Positions 1-9,732 are shown, counted from the stretch's first letter. The stretch: DNA of 64,000 nucleotides from an uncultured Granulicella sp. (GCA_937873145.1 CALMVK010000007.1:853-64852), one strand, 5' to 3'. Notes: generated by a model not told the origin, from the sequence alone. Program-made: numbers and translations.

Positions 1-687
1 GTCCTCTGGTTCTGAGGCGCGGCCGTTCGAGTTGAGGGCGCGGCGCATGGCCTGGACGCAGTACTCCTGCCAGAGAAAGCTGTGGCGGCGGCGGGTGCCG
101 AAGTCGGAGAGGCTGAGGCCGTGCAGAGACGGGTCGCGGAGCAGCTCGATCTTGTCCCAGAGGCGGGTCTTGGCGCGGGCGTAGAGGACGTCGAGCTCTA
201 GCTCGGAGAGTTCGGCGAGGGCGGCGCGGGTCTTGAGCTCGCTGACGATGGCGAGGGCGTAGACCTCCCACAACGTGACGGCGGACCAGAGGCCGGAAAA
301 GCGGAGGACGAGCTGGCCGTCGTGCTCGGAGACGGTGTAGGCGCTGAGGCGGAACTCGTGCTCGAGCCAGTCCAGGAAGGCGGGCTCGAAGATCCAGCGG
401 GTGCCATAGAAGGTATTGCCGGCGAGCCAGACGAGTTCGCTGCGGCGGAAGCGGAGCTGGCGGACATGCTCCATCTGCTCGATGAGGGCGGGGGCGCCGA
501 CGCGCTCGGCCAGCCGCACGCGAACGGTCCGGTTGGTGACCTCGCTGGTGACCTGGACCTGCGAAAAGTTCTTCCAGATGAACTGCAGCATCAGCAGCTT
601 GTAGAAGTCGGTGTCGAGCAAGGAGCGCACGATGGGGTCGAGCTTCCAGTTATGGTTGTGGGCTCGCTCGGCAAAATTGACGTTCAT
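1..687 (-). CDS. pncB: nicotinate phosphoribosyltransferase, 5' part (runs off window start)
   Basis: Manual translation from ATG at 687: MNVNFAERAHNHNWKLDPIVRSLLDTDFYKLLMLQFIW; LLDTDFYK is the NAPRTase N-terminal motif. Not listed in the ORF track. Confidence 0.9.
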   Translation of the reverse strand, partial: MNVNFAERAHNHNWKLDPIVRSLLDTDFYKLLMLQFIWKNFSQVQVTSEVTNRTVRVRLAERVGAPALIEQMEHVRQLRFRRSELVWLAGNTFYGTRWIFEPAFLDWLEHEFRLSAYTVSEHDGQLVLRFSGLWSAVTLWEVYALAIVSELKTRAALAELSELELDVLYARAKTRLWDKIELLRDPSLHGLSLSDFGTRRRHSFLWQEYCVQAMRRALNSNGRASEPED

Positions 688-815
688 GCAGACGATTTTC
701 TCGTGTGCAAGCGCGAGGCACAACTGGAAGATCGGAGCAAAGGCTGCTCAAGGATGAGCAACAATTCATAAAGCAAGGTGTGGCTCGGGCGTGGGACTGG
801 TATTCTTAAGATGCC

Positions 816-1895
816 ATGACCTCTTCTTCGCCCAGCAAACAGGACCTTCTCCAAGCCCCCATTCAGCACATCGACATCAAGCAGCACGATGTGGTGGCGC
901 TCGTCGACGCCATGCAGCACCTGGCCTACAGCTCGCGCGATACCTACCGGGCGGCGTCGATCTACGAGCGCATGCTGCGGGATACCGAGTGCGCGGTCAT
1001 CCTGTGCATCGGCGGGTCGATGGTCTCGGCGGGGATGAAGCAGATCTTCATCGATCTGATCCGGAACAACATGGTCGATGCGATCGTCTCGACGGGCGCG
1101 AACATCGTCGACCAGGACTTCTTTGAGGCGCTCGGCTTCAAGCACTACATTGCGACCGACCAGTACAAGTACGGCAACGAAGACGCGGTGCTGCGTGAGC
1201 TGAAGATCGATCGGATTTACGACACGTTCATCGACGAGGACGAGCTGCGCATCTGCGACGACACGATCGAGGAGATCACCAACTCGCTTGAGCCGCGGCC
1301 GTACAGCTCGCGCGAGTTTATCCGGGAGATGGGTGCGTGGCTTGAGCGCAACGGCAAAACGCCCAAGCAGGGTGGGGTCGATTCGGTCGTGTACGCGGCG
1401 TACGAGTGCCAGGTGCCGATCTTCGTTCCGGCCTTCTCGGATTGCTCGGCGGGCTTTGGGCTGGTTGCGCATCAGCACGCACGGCAGGGTAAGCCCGTGG
1501 TCTCGATCGATTCAGCCAAGGACTTCTACGAGCTGACCCGACTCAAGATTGTTAACCCGGTCACGGGTCTGCTGATGGTGGGCGGAGGCACGCCGAAGAA
1601 CTTCGCGCAGGACATTGTGGTTTCGGCGGAAATTTTGGGTGCCGAGGCCCCGATGCACAAGTACGCCATCCAGGTGACGGTGGCGGACGCCCGTGATGGC
1701 GCGCTCTCCGGCTCGACGTTGAAGGAAGCTTCGAGCTGGGGCAAGGTCGACCTGACGTGGGAGCAGATGGTGTTTGCGGAAGCGACCATGGCTCTGCCGT
1801 TGATTGCGGGATATGGGTATCACACGCGGGCGTATGTTGACCGTACGGCAAAAAAGTTTGCAGAAGTTCTCGACGCCGTGCCTGTCACAGCGTAA
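816..1895 (+). CDS. deoxyhypusine synthase-like protein (homospermidine synthase-like, NAD-dependent)
   Basis: 359 aa; STGANIVDQD, GGGTPKN and EASSWGK (catalytic Lys) motifs of the DHS family. Confidence 0.88.
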   Translation: MTSSSPSKQDLLQAPIQHIDIKQHDVVALVDAMQHLAYSSRDTYRAASIYERMLRDTECAVILCIGGSMVSAGMKQIFIDLIRNNMVDAIVSTGANIVDQDFFEALGFKHYIATDQYKYGNEDAVLRELKIDRIYDTFIDEDELRICDDTIEEITNSLEPRPYSSREFIREMGAWLERNGKTPKQGGVDSVVYAAYECQVPIFVPAFSDCSAGFGLVAHQHARQGKPVVSIDSAKDFYELTRLKIVNPVTGLLMVGGGTPKNFAQDIVVSAEILGAEAPMHKYAIQVTVADARDGALSGSTLKEASSWGKVDLTWEQMVFAEATMALPLIAGYGYHTRAYVDRTAKKFAEVLDAVPVTA

Positions 1896-1911
1896 GCTGA
1901 TTTGCAATAGG

Positions 1912-1934
1912 AGGGCGCAATGTACGCCCTTTCT
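1912..1934 (+). terminator. putative intrinsic terminator
   Basis: AGGGCG-loop-CGCCCT hairpin followed by TTCT after the DHS-like stop. Confidence 0.5.
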
Positions 1935-2074
1935 GAATTGTTTTCTTTTCGCTGCGACGTTTCTGCCCTCTCCTCTACTCCTGGACCCGATCCACCGACA
2001 CGGCTGATCGCTTGCCGAAGGTGTGTCTCAGCCTTTTTGAAGACCCTGCTTAGGCCCCGGAGATAGACGCGCTG

Positions 2075-3793
2075 ATGCTTCGGCATCGGGCGAACGAACG
2101 CATGGTTCCTCTACTGATTTTTCTTGCCTTGATGAACTTCGGTTTCGGGCTTGCCTGGTGGCGTGTGCGCGCCAGGACTCGTAAGCTGCGCAGCGAACTT
2201 ATAGAGGCCCGTCAGGCCAGTGAGTCGCGGGAGTCTCTGCTGTTGCAGCGGTCGCAGCTGGACAGCCTCAAAGACGAGTTCATCTCTACCGTTTCGCATG
2301 AGCTGCGCACGCCGCTGACCAGCATTCGGGGCGCCTTGGGATTACTCTCGGCCGGGCGGATGGGCAACGTGGATGCCAAGGCACAGAATCTGCTGCGCAT
2401 CGCCGTGAACAATACGGACCGGTTGATCCGGTTGATCAACGACATTCTGGATCTGGAACGCATGCAGTCAGGCCGGGTGTCGCTGCAAATTCGCCGCTGC
2501 TCTTTACGTGAGCTGGCGCAACAGGCGATGGAAACTATGACGCCGCTGGCCGACTCCGCCGAGGTGCGGATCGAGCTGATTCTGAGGGCGTTGCCGGAGG
2601 CGATGTTCTTCGACGGCGATCCAGACCGGATGCTGCAGGTGCTGACGAATCTGCTCTCGAACGCGATTAAATTTTCGCCTCCGGAGACACGGATTGAGGT
2701 GCGCGTAGAGGCTGATGCTACGTCGATCGTGCTGCGTATCTCCGATCAGGGCCGCGGCATTCCTCTAGGATCGCTCGACCAGGTCTTCGATCGCTTTCAA
2801 CAGGTTGAGCTGGCGGACGCTCGCCAGAAAGGCGGCACGGGATTGGGGCTGGCCATCTGCCGAGCGATCATTCAGCAGCACAACGGCGCGATCTGGGCGG
2901 AATCGAACGAGCATGAAGGGCGCGGCGCGGGCACATCTCTCATTTTTACCCTGCCGCGCGTCAGCCGTGTGGAGGACATGACGGCGGCGCTGCCGGTCAG
3001 CATGCTGCCTCCCGGCAAGGCAACCATCCTGATCTGCGACGACGATGCCAGCATTCGTGCGGTGGTAGCGGAGAGTCTGACCGCGCAAGGGTACAGGGTG
3101 CTTGAGGCTGAGGACGGACAGCAGGCGCTGGCGCTGGCCAGAACAAACGACGTTCAGGCCATTCTGCTCGATCTATATATGCCCGGACTGACGGGGTGGG
3201 AGACGTTGCAGCAGCTCAAGGGGTCGCCTAGCACGGCGGAGATCCCGGTCGTCATCCTGTCGGTGCTGCCCCCCTCGTCGAGCTCGCGGGACAGCACTGC
3301 GCTCAGCCCGGCGCCCGAGGGTTGGGTGCAGAAGCCGTTTCATGAGCGTCTGCTGCTGATGGAGCTCTCGCGGGTGCTGCATACAGGCGAGGGACCGGCG
3401 TACGTGCTGCTCGTCGAGGACGACGCCGATCTCGCACAAGTGATTGTCGCCAGTTTTGAAGAGGCCGAAGTGCGCGTAGATCATGCCCAGACTCGTCAGC
3501 GTGCGATTGAGCTGTGCCTGATTGCGCGGCCCAATTTACTGATTCTGGATCTTGGGCTGGCGGAGGGAGACGGATTTTCCCTGGTGGATTGGCTGCGGCA
3601 GCAACCGGATCTGCGCAGCCTGCCGCTGGTGGTCTTTTCAGGCCGAGAGGTCTCCGAGGAAGAGATGTCGAAGCTGCGGCTGGGGCCGACGCAGTTCCTG
3701 ACCAAGGCCAAGGTCGAGGCGCAGGATGTGGAGGCATTGGTGCTGAAGATCGTGCGGAAACTGCACGCGCCTGCGGCTTCGTCAGCAGGATAA
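2075..3793 (+). CDS. hybrid histidine kinase (one TM, HisKA, HATPase, two receiver domains)
   Basis: H-box VSHELRTPL, N-box NLLSNAIKF, G-box GGTGLGL, receivers ICDDD..LLDLYMP and VEDD..ILDLGL. Confidence 0.92.
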   Translation: MLRHRANERMVPLLIFLALMNFGFGLAWWRVRARTRKLRSELIEARQASESRESLLLQRSQLDSLKDEFISTVSHELRTPLTSIRGALGLLSAGRMGNVDAKAQNLLRIAVNNTDRLIRLINDILDLERMQSGRVSLQIRRCSLRELAQQAMETMTPLADSAEVRIELILRALPEAMFFDGDPDRMLQVLTNLLSNAIKFSPPETRIEVRVEADATSIVLRISDQGRGIPLGSLDQVFDRFQQVELADARQKGGTGLGLAICRAIIQQHNGAIWAESNEHEGRGAGTSLIFTLPRVSRVEDMTAALPVSMLPPGKATILICDDDASIRAVVAESLTAQGYRVLEAEDGQQALALARTNDVQAILLDLYMPGLTGWETLQQLKGSPSTAEIPVVILSVLPPSSSSRDSTALSPAPEGWVQKPFHERLLLMELSRVLHTGEGPAYVLLVEDDADLAQVIVASFEEAEVRVDHAQTRQRAIELCLIARPNLLILDLGLAEGDGFSLVDWLRQQPDLRSLPLVVFSGREVSEEEMSKLRLGPTQFLTKAKVEAQDVEALVLKIVRKLHAPAASSAG

Positions 3794-3855
3794 GCGTTCG
3801 CCTGTTGCACTTTCGGGGGATGGGCGCAAGCTGAAGGAGCGGGAGAAGATGGATC

Positions 3856-4230
3856 GTGCGAAGTGTTCTGATCATTGACGACGAAGACGACATACGGGAA
3901 GTAGCTGCATTGTCTCTTGAGGCAACCTCGGATTGGGTCATCCACACGGCGGGTTCCGGCAGGGAGGGCATTGCCACTGCCGCGGCGGAGCAGCCGGACG
4001 CAATCCTGATGGATGTGATGATGCCTGGTATGGATGGTCCTACGGCCTTCCGCCAGATGCAGGAGAATATCCGCGTGTCGCACATTCCTGTAGTGCTGCT
4101 GACGGCCAAGGTTCAGGGTGTGGATCAACGGCGGTTTGCGGGTTTGGGGGTTGCCGGCGTGTTGTTTAAACCGTTTGATCCGATTACGTTGGCTGCGCAG
4201 CTTTCTCAAGTGCTGGGCTGGAACGACTAG
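3856..4230 (+). CDS. single-domain response regulator
   Basis: IIDDEDD, LMDVMMP, LLTA, KPF receiver motifs; GTG start. Confidence 0.9.
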   Translation: MRSVLIIDDEDDIREVAALSLEATSDWVIHTAGSGREGIATAAAEQPDAILMDVMMPGMDGPTAFRQMQENIRVSHIPVVLLTAKVQGVDQRRFAGLGVAGVLFKPFDPITLAAQLSQVLGWND

Positions 4231-4348
4231 TTTGCGGTTTTCCAACAAAATTTGAAGCGCAGGATACGTCAGGTTCCCTTGAGAGGGGGGGTCTTGCGGC
4301 TTCGTGCATCCGACTACGGATCGCCTGCGTTCTTTATGCAGAATTAAC

Positions 4349-4375
4349 TAAAGTTTTTTCTCAGAATGCCGATAA
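4349..4375 (+). promoter_or_regulatory. sigma28 (FliA) promoter upstream of Hpt gene
   Basis: TAAA-GTTTTTTCTCAGAAT(15 nt)-GCCGATAA, perfect consensus and spacing. Confidence 0.8.
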
Positions 4376-4424
4376 GAAACTAGAGATTGGAATTGAATGC
4401 GGCCGCCGGAATTTCGGACCGGTT

Positions 4425-4844
4425 ATGAACATTTTTCTTGCAAATCTGGAAAACTTTACTACTCTGGTGGAACCCCACATGTCACCTCACACCGTTAGTC
4501 TCGCGCAAGCCGAAACGACGAAGAATCTTATTGCTGGCATTTGGCGGCGTAATCGAACTCAGGTGCTCGCCCGCTTGGAACTCCTGGAGTGCACTGCGAC
4601 TGCTGTGGCTGCGGAGAGCCTAACCCTTCCGCTGCTTGAAGAAGCACTCTCCACTTCACATAAGCTGGCCGGTTCGCTGGGTATGTTCGGGTTTGGGGAA
4701 GGTACGCAGTTGGCCCGTGTGCTTGAACAGCAGCTTGAGAGCGCATTGCCCAATGCCGGGGTGATGCTGGTCACGATCGCTCGTCTGCGCGAAGTTCTCT
4801 TCCCGGACTCCCTGGGCGTACCCAGCCTAGTTACAAGCCACTAA
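4425..4844 (+). CDS. stand-alone Hpt phosphotransfer protein
   Basis: SHKLAGSLGMFG Hpt motif; start could be the later ATG near 4479. Confidence 0.82.
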   Translation: MNIFLANLENFTTLVEPHMSPHTVSLAQAETTKNLIAGIWRRNRTQVLARLELLECTATAVAAESLTLPLLEEALSTSHKLAGSLGMFGFGEGTQLARVLEQQLESALPNAGVMLVTIARLREVLFPDSLGVPSLVTSH

Positions 4845-7800
4845 GCTCCAAACTCCAGATGGATTGGAGTTGGACTGCGTGATCGAGAGATCGAGAAAGC
4901 TGCCGGCCGAAACTGTCACTGGACTGGATGCTGTGCAGCTTTGATTTTGTGAGACTTGGCAAGTGAGTGCCGAGTTCACCATGGACCCTGGAGTTCCTAC
5001 GCGCATCGTGACGGTGATGGTTGCCGCCTGCTGGGAGTACACCGTGAGCTGCGTAGCCGTGCAGCCCGTAGGGACCCAGGTAAGCACCGAGGCGACCTCA
5101 TTGGAGCTCTGATTGGTGTTGTTGATCGAGTAGTAGGTGGCGGCATAGGAGACCGAGTGGTACATCGAGGCAAACGGAATGCCGCTAGTCCCGGAACTGC
5201 TTGAAGTGCCTCCGCCGGAGCCTGTTCCAGCCGTTCCATTCGCTCCCTGAGGAATCGTAAAGTTCAGGATTGCCGAAGAAGCGCTGCCCACGTTTACCAC
5301 AGACGCGTTTGAGCCTGGTGCGCCCGTGGTGACGGATCCTATCTGCACCGAGGCAGGCGCGCCGGCCGGACCAGTCGGACCTGCTACCCCGGCGGCTCCG
5401 GTCGCTCCAGGGGTCCCGGCCGCGCCGGCGGCTCCGGCTGTGGCCAGCGTGCTCCAGAAGCTGGGGGAGTTGCCGGGTGCGTTGCCTGCATTGTTTGCCT
5501 GGGTCGAGATGTAGCTTGAGCCCTGAAACGTGACGGCTGCATTGAGTCCGTAGTTGGTGCTGGAGCTGTACGTTCCCTGGTAGATCAACCCGGGGGAGCC
5601 AGCCGGACCTGCAACTCCGGCTGGGCCTGCCGGGCCATTTGGGCCAGATGGACCAATAGGACCTGCAGGACCTGCACTCCCTGCCGGACCTGCGGGCCCG
5701 GTGGCGCCTGCCGGCCCCGGATACCCGGTAGGCCCTTGCAATCCCGTTGCTCCCTGGGGGCCAGCGGGTCCAGCTGCGCCAGATTGCACGAGCACACCCC
5801 AATAGATCGGGCTCAGATCAGGCTCGCGGCCAGAGTTTGCAGCCAAGGCAATATAGCCGCTTCCGCTATAGTTGACGGTATCTCCGACGGCATAGGAACT
5901 GCCGGTCAACCAGCCACCGCGAAAAGTGATCGGCGGGCCTTGTGGACCTGCGGGACCTTGGATTCCGTTGGCCCCGGTTGCCCCGGCGGCTCCCTGCTGG
6001 CCCGCCGGACCCGCAGCTCCCGCTGGGCCGATTGGTCCAACGGATCCAGTTGATCCGGTAGGCCCGACTGGGCCGGCAACGCCGGCGGGACCTGCTGGAC
6101 CTTGCGTGCCTGGGTACCCGGTGGGGCCTTGCAGTCCGGTTGCTCCCTGGGGGCCGGCGGATCCGGCGGAGCCTGCCTGTGCAAGAACTGCCCAGTAGAC
6201 CGGGCTGACATCGGGCTCCCGGCCGGAGTTTGCGACAAGCGCGATGTAACTGCCTCCGCTGTAGCTTACGGTGTCTCCGAGTAAGTAGGTAGAGCCGGTC
6301 AACCAGCCTCCGCGGAAGGTTACGGGAGGGCCTTGAGGGCCGGTTGGACCTTGCGCACCGTTGGTTCCGGGAGCGCCGGACGGCCCTTGCGGTCCCGCGG
6401 CTCCGGCTACGCCTGCCTGACCCTGAGCGACCAGCACAGCCCAGCTTGCGGAATTTTGGTCGGGAGTATTGCCGTGGTTACTCGCGACAAGGGAGACGTA
6501 CGTGGATCCGCCGTAGCCGACCGCATCCGCGACGGCGTAGTTTGTAGCTGAGCTGTAATTTCCTTTGTAGTTCACGACCGCCGGTCCTTGTGCACCTTGC
6601 GGTCCGGCATTGCCGGTAGGGCCGGGCAGGCCTTGCGCGCCTTGTGGGCCGGCTGGGCCAATGGATCCCGGAGAGCCAGTTGCTCCCGCTGCGCCGGGTG
6701 TGCCGGCGACCGCGAACAACGCCCAGGCCGCCGGGCTCTGGTCGGGAGTATTGCCGTGATTGCCGGCGATGAGCGAGACGTAGCCTGCGCCGTTGTACTG
6801 GACGCCGTCGGCCAGGGCGTAGTTTGCGCTGGACTGATAGGCCCCCTGGAAGGCTAGTCCTACTGGGCCTGCCGGTCCTTGCGGTCCCATGGGGCCACTC
6901 AGGCCCGTGGCTCCAGCGGTGCCCGGAATGCCTTGCGCGCCGGCCTGCCCTGGAATGCCTTGCAGGCCTTGATCGCCGCGCTCGCCGGGTGGTCCGACCG
7001 GTCCGAGGGCACCGGGAATGCCTTGCGGCCCGGGTGCTCCGGTGGTGCCGGTCGTTCCTTGCGGCCCTTGTGCGGTCAGGATGCCCCAGAAAGCGGGGCT
7101 TTGATCGGGCGTATTGCCATGATTGCCACCGGCCAGGGACGCCCAGCTTGAACCTTGCCACAAGACCACATCGCCGAGAACATAGTTGTGCACGGACTGA
7201 TAGACACCCTGATAGACGAGACCCGGAAGGCCTGGCGCACCATCGCGGCCGGCAGGCCCGGGATCGCCGGGAGTGCCGGCTGGACCCTGGATGCCGGCGG
7301 CACCTGCGGTTCCCTGAATGCCGGCTGGACCCGCGGGTCCAGAGTCGCCCATGGCGGCGAGCAGAATCCAATTCCCCGAGCCAAATCCGGGAGTGTTGCC
7401 GTGGTTGGAGGACGCGGTGGAAACGTAGCTGGAGCCGGCAAAGGCGACAACATCGTTCAAACCATAGTTGGTGATGGAGTTGTAGGTGCCTTCAAAGCCC
7501 AGACCCGGCAATCCTTTGATTCCCTGCGGTCCTGGTAAACCGATGGGACCGGCGGGACCGGTGGCTCCTGCAGGACCGGTAGCTCCGGCCACACCTGGTG
7601 GACCGGCCGCTCCGGCGACCCCTGCCAGCCCCGCGGGTCCGGTAATCCCTGGCGGTCCCGCTGGTCCCTGCGAGACGATCTGGAGATCGAGCGTTGGCTG
7701 GTGCCCGGTCAGGTCGTTCTCCTTACTATCGAACTGTACGGACGCGCTCCCTGCAGTCAGGGTGAAGCCAAAGTTGGTTGCAGGCGTGGTGATCCATCCC

Positions 7801-8195
7801 TGGACCAAGGCCGTGACATCGACGGAGACGTACTGGCCTGCCTGGCTGACGGAAAAGACCTGCGCCACGCTGCCGGTTGCCGGAAGAGTCTGATAGGTAA
7901 CACCGTACTCGCTCCAGGCTCCGTTCAGCGGCTGCAGACTGACCAGACCGGCGGTGTCGGCGCGATTGATGTAGAGACGCAGCGTAGCATGGGCGATCTG
8001 GGTGGACGTCGTTCCGGCGGGAAGGACGCCGAGATCGAACTGCAGCAGTCCGGTATAGCCTGCGCCGACGTTGATATTTGAGATCGCACCACTATTAACA
8101 GTAGGCCGGGCGGAGTTGACGTGAGCGTCGGCGACGAGGGTAGCCTCGACCGCTCGCGCGCGAGGGCACAACGCCGCGAGCAGCCCGAAGAGCAA
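4827..8195 (-). CDS. secreted collagen-like protein: N-terminal DNRLRE-like domain, Gly-X-Y tracts, seven CBM5/12-like modules
   Basis: 1122 aa ORF; GPAGP/GAQG triplets alternate with ~50 aa aromatic-rich modules; start uncertain (frame open to 8243). Confidence 0.85.
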   Translation of the reverse strand: MLFGLLAALCPRARAVEATLVADAHVNSARPTVNSGAISNINVGAGYTGLLQFDLGVLPAGTTSTQIAHATLRLYINRADTAGLVSLQPLNGAWSEYGVTYQTLPATGSVAQVFSVSQAGQYVSVDVTALVQGWITTPATNFGFTLTAGSASVQFDSKENDLTGHQPTLDLQIVSQGPAGPPGITGPAGLAGVAGAAGPPGVAGATGPAGATGPAGPIGLPGPQGIKGLPGLGFEGTYNSITNYGLNDVVAFAGSSYVSTASSNHGNTPGFGSGNWILLAAMGDSGPAGPAGIQGTAGAAGIQGPAGTPGDPGPAGRDGAPGLPGLVYQGVYQSVHNYVLGDVVLWQGSSWASLAGGNHGNTPDQSPAFWGILTAQGPQGTTGTTGAPGPQGIPGALGPVGPPGERGDQGLQGIPGQAGAQGIPGTAGATGLSGPMGPQGPAGPVGLAFQGAYQSSANYALADGVQYNGAGYVSLIAGNHGNTPDQSPAAWALFAVAGTPGAAGATGSPGSIGPAGPQGAQGLPGPTGNAGPQGAQGPAVVNYKGNYSSATNYAVADAVGYGGSTYVSLVASNHGNTPDQNSASWAVLVAQGQAGVAGAAGPQGPSGAPGTNGAQGPTGPQGPPVTFRGGWLTGSTYLLGDTVSYSGGSYIALVANSGREPDVSPVYWAVLAQAGSAGSAGPQGATGLQGPTGYPGTQGPAGPAGVAGPVGPTGSTGSVGPIGPAGAAGPAGQQGAAGATGANGIQGPAGPQGPPITFRGGWLTGSSYAVGDTVNYSGSGYIALAANSGREPDLSPIYWGVLVQSGAAGPAGPQGATGLQGPTGYPGPAGATGPAGPAGSAGPAGPIGPSGPNGPAGPAGVAGPAGSPGLIYQGTYSSSTNYGLNAAVTFQGSSYISTQANNAGNAPGNSPSFWSTLATAGAAGAAGTPGATGAAGVAGPTGPAGAPASVQIGSVTTGAPGSNASVVNVGSASSAILNFTIPQGANGTAGTGSGGGTSSSSGTSGIPFASMYHSVSYAATYYSINNTNQSSNEVASVLTWVPTGCTATQLTVYSQQAATITVTMRVGTPGSMVNSALTCQVSQNQSCTASSPVTVSAGSFLDLSITQSNSNPSGVWSLVACN

Positions 8196-8422
8196 AAGTG
8201 TTTTGCCGAGGATCGACTTGTGGTCAGGACGTTTCGTCGTCGTTCTCCGCTCTGTGAAAATTCTCCTGCGCCGTCAGCAAGCTGCCGCAAATCTCATTCG
8301 AGTCCAGAGCTCGTCAAGAGGCAATGCATCGAGGCGTGGTGTCGACTACCACCTCCGTTTCGGACTCTGCCGCTTCCGCGCCGCAGGCCGGGTGGATGGG
8401 GCACTTTGCGTGATCGGCTATT

Positions 8423-9394
8423 ATGGCGGAAGCGATGGACGTATCCGTAAAAGAGCTTCTGCAAGCCGGCGCTGCCCTGACGGACAAGGCACTCGAGCGC
8501 CTGCTTCCCTCCCCCGACACGCCTCCGCACTCGATTCATCGCGCCATGCGGCACAGCACGTTCGCCGGCGGCAAGCGGCTGCGGCCGATTCTGTGCAGGG
8601 AGGCGGCGCGCATGGTGGCAGAAGGCGCGCTGCCGGAGGCGGTTGAGGACCTGGGTGCGGCGCTCGAGATGATTCATACGTATTCGTTGATCCACGACGA
8701 TCTTCCCGCGCTCGACAATGACGATCTTCGCCGGGGACAGCCGACCTGCCACGTTGTGTTTGGAGAGGCAACGGCGATCCTGGCTGGCGACGCTCTACAG
8801 ACGCTTGCGTTCCAAACATTGGGCGGGATCGACTGCCCGGCGCCGGCGCTTGTGGCGATCCTGCAGGAGCTCACCGGATCGATCGCAACGGGGGTAGGCG
8901 CGGATCTTCCGGGAGGCTTGCCGCCGGGCATGATTGGCGGCCAGGTGATGGATCTTGAGTCCGAAAAGACTCGGCCGACCGCGGAGCTCGTGGAACGGAT
9001 TCACCGGGCTAAAACCGGTGCGCTGTTTACGGCATCGGTGGTAACTGGTGGCCTGCTGGCGCGAGGACTGGTGCAATCGGAGCCCGGGCATTCCCGTCCT
9101 GCCGAGCACGATACGATTGCGCGGCTCAGAATTTTTGGGGAGAAGGCCGGGTTGGCGTTCCAGATTGTGGACGATGTGCTCGACCGCACGCAGGACTCGG
9201 CGCAATTAGGCAAGACGGCGGGCAAGGACACTGCGACGGACAAGGCTACCTGGCCGGCGGTTTATGGTATAGAGACCTCCGTGCAGCACGCGCAGGCGCT
9301 CATCGACGATGCGTTTGCCGCGCTCGCTCCGTTCGGCGAGGCGGCTGAGCCGTTGAAAGCTTTGGCGCTGTCGTTGACGGCGCGGACCAGTTGA
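8423..9394 (+). CDS. ispA: polyprenyl (farnesyl/geranylgeranyl) diphosphate synthase
   Basis: GGKRLRP, HDDLPALDNDDLRRG, FQIVDDVLD, GKTAGKD. Confidence 0.9.
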   Translation: MAEAMDVSVKELLQAGAALTDKALERLLPSPDTPPHSIHRAMRHSTFAGGKRLRPILCREAARMVAEGALPEAVEDLGAALEMIHTYSLIHDDLPALDNDDLRRGQPTCHVVFGEATAILAGDALQTLAFQTLGGIDCPAPALVAILQELTGSIATGVGADLPGGLPPGMIGGQVMDLESEKTRPTAELVERIHRAKTGALFTASVVTGGLLARGLVQSEPGHSRPAEHDTIARLRIFGEKAGLAFQIVDDVLDRTQDSAQLGKTAGKDTATDKATWPAVYGIETSVQHAQALIDDAFAALAPFGEAAEPLKALALSLTARTS

Positions 9395-9482
9395 GTTGTG
9401 CTTGGCTGTTGAATTAAGAATGGAACGAAAGTCGTCTATTTCGCGTCAAGGTAGACGAGAAGGCAGAAACGGGAGAGTTTTG

Positions 9483-9623
9483 ATGAGTACCTTTGCCACC
9501 GCATCACGACCCCTTCGCCCAGAAGTCAGCCAAGCTCTTCAAGAGCAGATTCGCCGACAGGAAGAACAGGATCGCCTGGAAAAGTTGAATAAGCAGACTG
9601 GGCCTTGCAGCTCCAGCCATTAG
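9483..9623 (+). CDS. small hypothetical protein, 46 aa
   Basis: GGGAGAG RBS-like site then MSTFATASRPLRPEVSQALQEQIRRQEEQDRLEK; no recognised family. Confidence 0.35.
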   Translation: MSTFATASRPLRPEVSQALQEQIRRQEEQDRLEKLNKQTGPCSSSH

Positions 9624-9640
9624 AGCGGATTTTCTCGTGG

Positions 9641-9695
9641 TAGAGAGACAAACAACGGCAAGTGCAACCGCAGATTCCCTTCGGGAATGACAACA
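9641..9695 (+). repeat. REP-like element, family B
   Basis: TAGAGAGACAAACAACGGCAAGTGCAACCGCAGATTCCCTTCGGGAATGACAACA with ATTCCC/GGGAAT hairpin; near-copy at 31506-31558. Confidence 0.75.
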
Positions 9696-9732
9696 GAATG
9701 CGAAAGTTGCCTCTACACCAAAATCAAAATGG

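Noticed and set aside
8260-8400. c-di-GMP riboswitch upstream of the collagen-like gene
   Set aside because: A GAAA-capped hairpin is present but the GGCAAAC...GACGCAAAGC core is not.
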